In this document: piece after piece, positions 59,464 to 64,000 of the stretch
Layout of the letters: the number at the start of each line of letters is the position of its first letter
How positions within the stretch are numbered: the stretch's first letter is position 1
Virus record (IMG/VR): IMGVR_UViG_3300027870_000001
Coordinates: 1-64,000 of that record
Source: a virus
DNA length: 64,000 nucleotides
Reading direction: 5' to 3' (one strand)
Notes under the pieces: model-generated
What the model saw: only the letters and a program-made list of their open reading frames with translations
Database searches by the model: none
What the model was told of the DNA's origin: nothing
Made by a program: the position numbers and the translations under genes

Positions 59464-59464
59464 C
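59435..59464 (+). terminator. Terminator hairpin
   Basis: CTGCCACCGC/GCGGTGGCAG followed by CTTC. Confidence 0.65.
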
Positions 59465-59475
59465 GCGCCCCGGCG

Positions 59476-59498
59476 ACTGTCGCCCGTCATGCTACGGT
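59476..59498 (+). promoter_or_regulatory. Dyad promoter element, leaderless ATG 59507
   Basis: ACTGTCGCCCGTCATGCTACGGT. Confidence 0.8.
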
Positions 59499-59506
59499 CG
59501 ACACCC

Positions 59507-60029
59507 ATGAGCAACCACCCTCGACGCCGAGGCCGGCCCTCCGCCGCAGCCAAGGCCAGCGCCTCCCAACGCACCCACCGCCGCGACCCCGCCCCCACCG
59601 AAACCGGCAGCCGAGGACAGGAAGGCCGACGAGTCGACGTCCTCTACGAAGGCCGCGTCGTCGGCTCCGCGATCCACGTCCCCGACCCGGCCGGGCTCAG
59701 CCCCGGCACCCTCCTCGACTCCAGGATCACCGACCCCGACCTCGCGATCCTCCTCGCCCGCGGCGAGAAGCTCTCCCTCACCGCCGACATCACCCCACCC
59801 AAGCCCAACGAGGGGAGCTGACGTGCCCGACCCCAACCTCGACCCCGCCTACCACGAGGAACGCGCAGCGAGGCTCCTCACCGACATCGAGAACGCCTAC
59901 GACCGGGACGCCATGCTGCGCCCGGAGAAGCGCACCGTCACCTCGGCCTGGGTCAAGACCCGGTCAGCGCGTGCCCAGGCCCACGCCACCCTGGCCCTGG
60001 CGCTCCGTCTTGGCAGCAAGGAGGCGTGA
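59507..60029 (+). other. Two hypothetical genes (59507-59821, 59823-60029)
   Basis: ORFs after the promoter element. Confidence 0.55.
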
Positions 60030-60188
60030 CCTCATGCCCAGGACCGATACCGACACCGTGCACCTCGCCTGCCAGTTCTGCGACTACCGGATCCAGGCGA
60101 CGATCGAGTGCGGCAAGCCGCGCATGGCCAAGCACGTCCGACAGCACCACGTCGGCCAGAAGGTGCTCCGCCGGCCGAGGTGCCGGTG

Positions 60189-60629
60189 ATGGGCATCCCG
60201 CAGCGGATCCGCCTGGAGCGGCGCGCCGGCTGGCGGATGCCTCCGGGCGCGGTGTCCTGCGCGAGGCCGCACCGGTTCGGCAACCCGTACCTCCTCGGAG
60301 ACGTGTCCCGCCGGTTCCCGTCGCTCACCGAGCGGCAGTGCGAAGGGTTCGTCGTCAACGAGTTCAAGGATCTGGTCCGAGCGGACGGCAAGCCGATCAC
60401 CGACTCGCTGCCCTCCCTCACCCGAGGCGGGCCCCGCGAACCGCGGACCTGCCAGTACCCGACGATCGACGAGATCCGCGCCGAGCTCGGTGGGCACGAC
60501 CTCGGATGCTTCTGCCACGAACGACCCGAGCACGCCTGCCACGTCGACGTGCTGCTCATCGTCGCGAACCCCGACATCTCGTTCCCGTGGGAGGCGCAGT
60601 ACGGCGCCCCGTTCCAGTGGGCGGCGTGA
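60189..60629 (+). CDS. DUF4326 family protein
   Basis: PQRIRL.R..GWRMP, RP.RFGNPY, ELGGHDLGCFC...CHVDVLL..AN. Confidence 0.8.
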   Translation: MGIPQRIRLERRAGWRMPPGAVSCARPHRFGNPYLLGDVSRRFPSLTERQCEGFVVNEFKDLVRADGKPITDSLPSLTRGGPREPRTCQYPTIDEIRAELGGHDLGCFCHERPEHACHVDVLLIVANPDISFPWEAQYGAPFQWAA

Positions 60630-61312
60630 TGGCCGACGTCGACTGGCAGTCCAAGGTCGAGGCGCTCCTCACGAAGGCCCGCCGCACCGACAACCAGCAC
60701 GAGGCCGAGGCGTTCATGGCCAAGGCCCAGGAGCTGATGCGCCGGCACGCGATCGACGAGGAGATGCTCGACGCAGCGCGCGGTCACACCGCGGAGATCG
60801 GGTTCACGCACCTCCAGATCGAGCACCCGTACGCCGAAGCGAAGGCGACCCTGCTGACCGCGATCGCCTGGGCGAACTCGTGCCGGGCCGTCATGGTCGA
60901 GTCGCCCGACGGCCGGGGACTGCTCGCGGAGCTGGTCGGCTTCGACACCGACCGCGAGAACGTGATGATCCTGTTCGGGTCGCTGCTGTCGTACGCGATC
61001 GAGCGGCTGATCGCGACGCCGGTGCCGATCTTCGAGCATCCGATAGCGTTCCGGGCCGGGTTCATCCTCGGGTTCGCGAACCGGGTCGGTCAGCGGTTGG
61101 CGGAGGCGGCGCGTCTGGCTCAGGATGAGGCTGCGGCGGCGTCGGGTGTGGAGTTGGTCCTGGTCGACCGGAGCGGCAAGGTCGATGACCTGATGAAGGA
61201 TCGGTACCCGGAGGCGGGGACGCATGAGGTGGGGTCGACGTCGCAGGTTGGGGTGGCGTTCGGGCATGACGCGGCGAATGGGTCGCCGTTGGGGAAGGCC
61301 GAGCTGGAATAG
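60629..61312 (+). CDS. DUF2786 family protein
   Basis: KVEALLTKA..T....EAEAFMAKAQELM..HAID; FRAGFILGFA. Confidence 0.8.
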   Translation: MADVDWQSKVEALLTKARRTDNQHEAEAFMAKAQELMRRHAIDEEMLDAARGHTAEIGFTHLQIEHPYAEAKATLLTAIAWANSCRAVMVESPDGRGLLAELVGFDTDRENVMILFGSLLSYAIERLIATPVPIFEHPIAFRAGFILGFANRVGQRLAEAARLAQDEAAAASGVELVLVDRSGKVDDLMKDRYPEAGTHEVGSTSQVGVAFGHDAANGSPLGKAELE

Positions 61313-61324
61313 GGGCTTGTGCCT

Positions 61325-61346
61325 ACTGTCTCGGATCGGCTACAGT
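61325..61346 (+). promoter_or_regulatory. Dyad promoter element, -35 TTGTGC; +1 reads ATCGAAGCAACC, gene uses SD-led ATG 61383
   Basis: ACTGTCTCGGATCGGCTACAGT. Confidence 0.9.
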
Positions 61347-61382
61347 TGGGGTATCGAAGCAACCACCCACCAAGGAGCCCCC

Positions 61383-62932
61383 ATGGACACCGACACCGTC
61401 ACCCTCGAAACCGCCCAGTTCCTCACCGAAACCCTCGTGACCGACACCCTCTGCTGGGAGGTCATCGCCCGCACCCCCAAGACCATGACCATCCGCCGTA
61501 CCATGAACGACCCCAACAGCGGCCCGGTCCGCGACACCCGAGTCGACGGCGGCACCGACCCGCAGGCCATGCCCGTCATGTGGGAGGCCCAAGTCCCCAA
61601 CCCCAACGGAGCCGTCGTCACGGTCCGCCTCCGCAAGGACGGCACCTTCCGCACCGGGCGAAGCGCCAACCCGCTCCGCCCCACCGCCAACCCGCAGCGT
61701 CGCATCGACTACCGGTTCTAAGGGAAGGATGATCACCATGGCCACCCAGACCAGCGACCGGCTCATCCCGGCGCAACCCACCCCGACCGAGCGACGCGCT
61801 CGGGCCACTGCCAACCGGGCAGCCCAAGGCACCCTCGTGGACTGCCCCCCAGCCAAGACCACGACCTGCCCGTTCTGCTCCCGCCCGAAGTGCCGGTGCG
61901 TGGAACGCGGCTGGGACACCCTGCCGCTGTTCGAGCTGGAGGACTGACCGATGACCCGCCGAATCGGTGGCCTGATCGCCGCCTCCACTCTCCCCCCACC
62001 CGAGGCCGAGGCCCCGGAGATCGCACCTGAGCCGCCCGCAGCGCCCGTCCTGCCGCCCCCTCCCCCACCGGCCCCGGTCGGTCCGCCGACCGTCGGGATG
62101 CTGATCATCTGGCCCGACGGCACCCTCGGGTCGGTCGCTCACGCCTCCTGGGTCGAGCCCGGCGAGGTGTACGCCCTGGTCGCCGCCGACCAGCACGGCG
62201 TCATCGGCGCCCATCACCGGCTGATCCAGACCGACGACGTCGAGCTGCTCCGCCTGGCCGACGGCACCGTCGCCGCCCGCTACCTCGGCCTCCGATGACG
62301 TCCATCCCAGTCCGCAAGAAGGGAGCCAAGGCGGAGCTGCTCATGCTGCTCGCCGTACGAGCGGAGGAGTGGGGCGACCAGCTCCACAAGGGCGTCCCCA
62401 CGGGAGAACCCGCTACGAGTTGGGGCACCCCCACGATCCACGCCCTCGACACCTGGCCGGTCGACGACCCGTTCCGCATCATCGCGGCCACCTACAACCT
62501 GTCACCTCGTCAGCTCCAGGCCATCCTCTCCGAGCTGGGCCAGGAACTGGAGAACCGGGCAGAGCGCCTCGGCTATGGCACCCGGCCCGAGCCCGTCACT
62601 CCCGGCCCGCCCCGGACGAGGTACGTCACGTGACCGAGCGCCAGTGGGCGATGACGAAGATCGGGCCCGGGGACTGGGCGTGGCCATCGAACGATGGGCT
62701 CACCCTGTGGCGGGCGATCAAGGTCGAGGAGCGCGACGGCACCCTGTCGACCGCTGCCGGCAAGGTGATCAACGGTGACTTCTGGACGCTGCTCCGGTTC
62801 CGGCACCCGGCGGGGTCGGTCATGGCAGGCGACTTCGAGTCCCGCTGGGACAACGAGGTGTGGGAGGTGGTCGACTCGATGCTGCCCACGAGGCAGGCTG
62901 CGATCGACGAGTCGATGGGGATCTCGAACTGA
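61383..62932 (+). other. Hypothetical genes (61383-61721, 61729-61947, 61951-62298, 62295-62633, 62630-62932)
   Basis: SD-led or coupled ORFs. Confidence 0.6.
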
Positions 62933-62943
62933 CCCTTGTGCGA

Positions 62944-62966
62944 ACCGTCTCACGTCGTGCTACAGT
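62944..62966 (+). promoter_or_regulatory. Dyad promoter element, -35 TTGTGC, leaderless ATG 62974
   Basis: ACCGTCTCACGTCGTGCTACAGT. Confidence 0.88.
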
Positions 62967-62973
62967 GACGGGC

Positions 62974-63537
62974 ATGGACGCACCCGCCACCCACGGCCCC
63001 GAAAGGACCACCATGCGGATCAACCCCGTCACCCCCGAGAGCAAGGCCCAGTACCTCCGCTCCGACCAGAGCCTCGACGCGATCGCCGGCTACCTGACGG
63101 TCCAGACCATCGCCCCCGACGGCACCCGCCACACCGACAACGGCGAGGTCGTCGTCCTCGGCGTGTTCCCCCACCCGAACGAGTACGGCAAGGCCATGGA
63201 CCTGGCCCACCAGCACCGCCACTTCGAGCGCACCCACGACGTCGAGTACGCCATCGTCTACACGGTCAACCGCGACGGGTTCCACCCCGGCCACTGGGAT
63301 GGCATCACCCTCCGGTACACCGACGAGCGGCTCCTCACCACGGACCAGTGGGCGGAGATCGAGGACGCGGTCCGCTCCGGGTTCACCAGCCACAACGGCG
63401 GCGAGGCCGTCACCAGCTTCGGCACCTACCGGTTCGCCTACGAGCTCGACTCCCACGAGGAGACGTGGACCCTCTACAACGAGGACGGCTCCGTGTTCAC
63501 CATCGGCGGACACGAGGCCATGAGCTGCACCCAGTAG
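62974..63537 (+). CDS. Hypothetical protein (MDAP start; second SD-led ATG at 63013)
   Basis: Promoter spacing and ORF track. Confidence 0.65.
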   Translation: MDAPATHGPERTTMRINPVTPESKAQYLRSDQSLDAIAGYLTVQTIAPDGTRHTDNGEVVVLGVFPHPNEYGKAMDLAHQHRHFERTHDVEYAIVYTVNRDGFHPGHWDGITLRYTDERLLTTDQWAEIEDAVRSGFTSHNGGEAVTSFGTYRFAYELDSHEETWTLYNEDGSVFTIGGHEAMSCTQ

Positions 63538-63559
63538 CCTCCGGTTGCTGCGAAGCCTT

Positions 63560-63592
63560 CGATGCCCACCCCCGGCCCAGGGGTGGGCATCG
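63560..63592 (+). terminator. Terminator hairpin
   Basis: CGATGCCCACCCC/GGGGTGGGCATCG 13-bp stem. Confidence 0.7.
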
Positions 63593-63645
63593 TCGCGCCA
63601 AGGCATCCCCCGAGCCGACGCGCAACGACCGATAGCCTCCCGGTC

Positions 63646-64000
63646 ATGGTCAGCATGGCTCTCCCGATCGACGCACCCACCCCCCGCAGCCGACCCGGTG
63701 GTCTGCTGATCGACGCTGTCGACACCCTCGACATCGCCGCCCTGGCCCACCCGGTCCCGAAGATCGACGGCACCTCCGTCCCCCCGGACCCGGAGAAGTG
63801 GCGGCAGGGAATCGAGTTCGTGCCGCTCGGATGCTCCGGTCTGAGCCGCCGCGACGTCGACCTCTGCTCCGACCCCGGAGTCGCGCTCACCGACGAGGAC
63901 CACCCGGTGCCGTTCGCACCGAACTCCGTCGAGTTCGGGCCGTTCGGGATCGTCGGCATGGAGAAGTGCGCCGCAGGTCGCCTCACCGAGAAGTGGCTCA
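63646..64000 (+). CDS. Capsid pentamer / minor capsid-like protein (partial, runs off the window)
   Basis: Open frame MVSMALPIDAP..RPGGLL...W.QGIEF.P.GC...C...FGPF.I...EKC; TAGCCT (63633-63638) 7 nt before ATG; resembles cluster-B-type capsid pentamer N-termini (from memory). Confidence 0.5.
   Translation, partial: MVSMALPIDAPTPRSRPGGLLIDAVDTLDIAALAHPVPKIDGTSVPPDPEKWRQGIEFVPLGCSGLSRRDVDLCSDPGVALTDEDHPVPFAPNSVEFGPFGIVGMEKCAAGRLTEKWL

Overview
A 64 kb slice of a large, very GC-rich tailed phage (Caudoviricetes), most likely infecting an actinobacterium. The host assignment is inferred from GC content, leaderless TAnnnT promoters and structural proteins resembling those of cluster-B-like actinophages. 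Almost all of the roughly 100 genes are on the + strand and are tightly coupled by ATGA/GTGA overlaps. Recognisable genes: M15 endolysin, portal, MuF/2H-phosphoesterase/capsid-protease fusion, small and large terminase (the latter with a class-3 intein), a partial capsid pentamer-like protein, a replication initiator with iterons, UvrD and SNF2 helicases, an SMC-like ATPase, a ParB/IbrAB-like/methyltransferase cluster, a glycosyltransferase, an RNA ligase and a DpdA/TGT-like protein. No integrase, tRNA, rRNA or CRISPR array was seen. The most striking unannotated structure is a dyad promoter element, ACTGTC-N10/11-TACAGT. It occurs about 27 times, heads nearly every non-structural transcription unit and usually sits 6-8 nt before a leaderless start codon with a conserved ATGGAMGMACC-like start. 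Three copies drive apparently non-coding structured RNAs of about 100, 115 and 470 nt. All family assignments come from motif recognition by eye; no database search was run.
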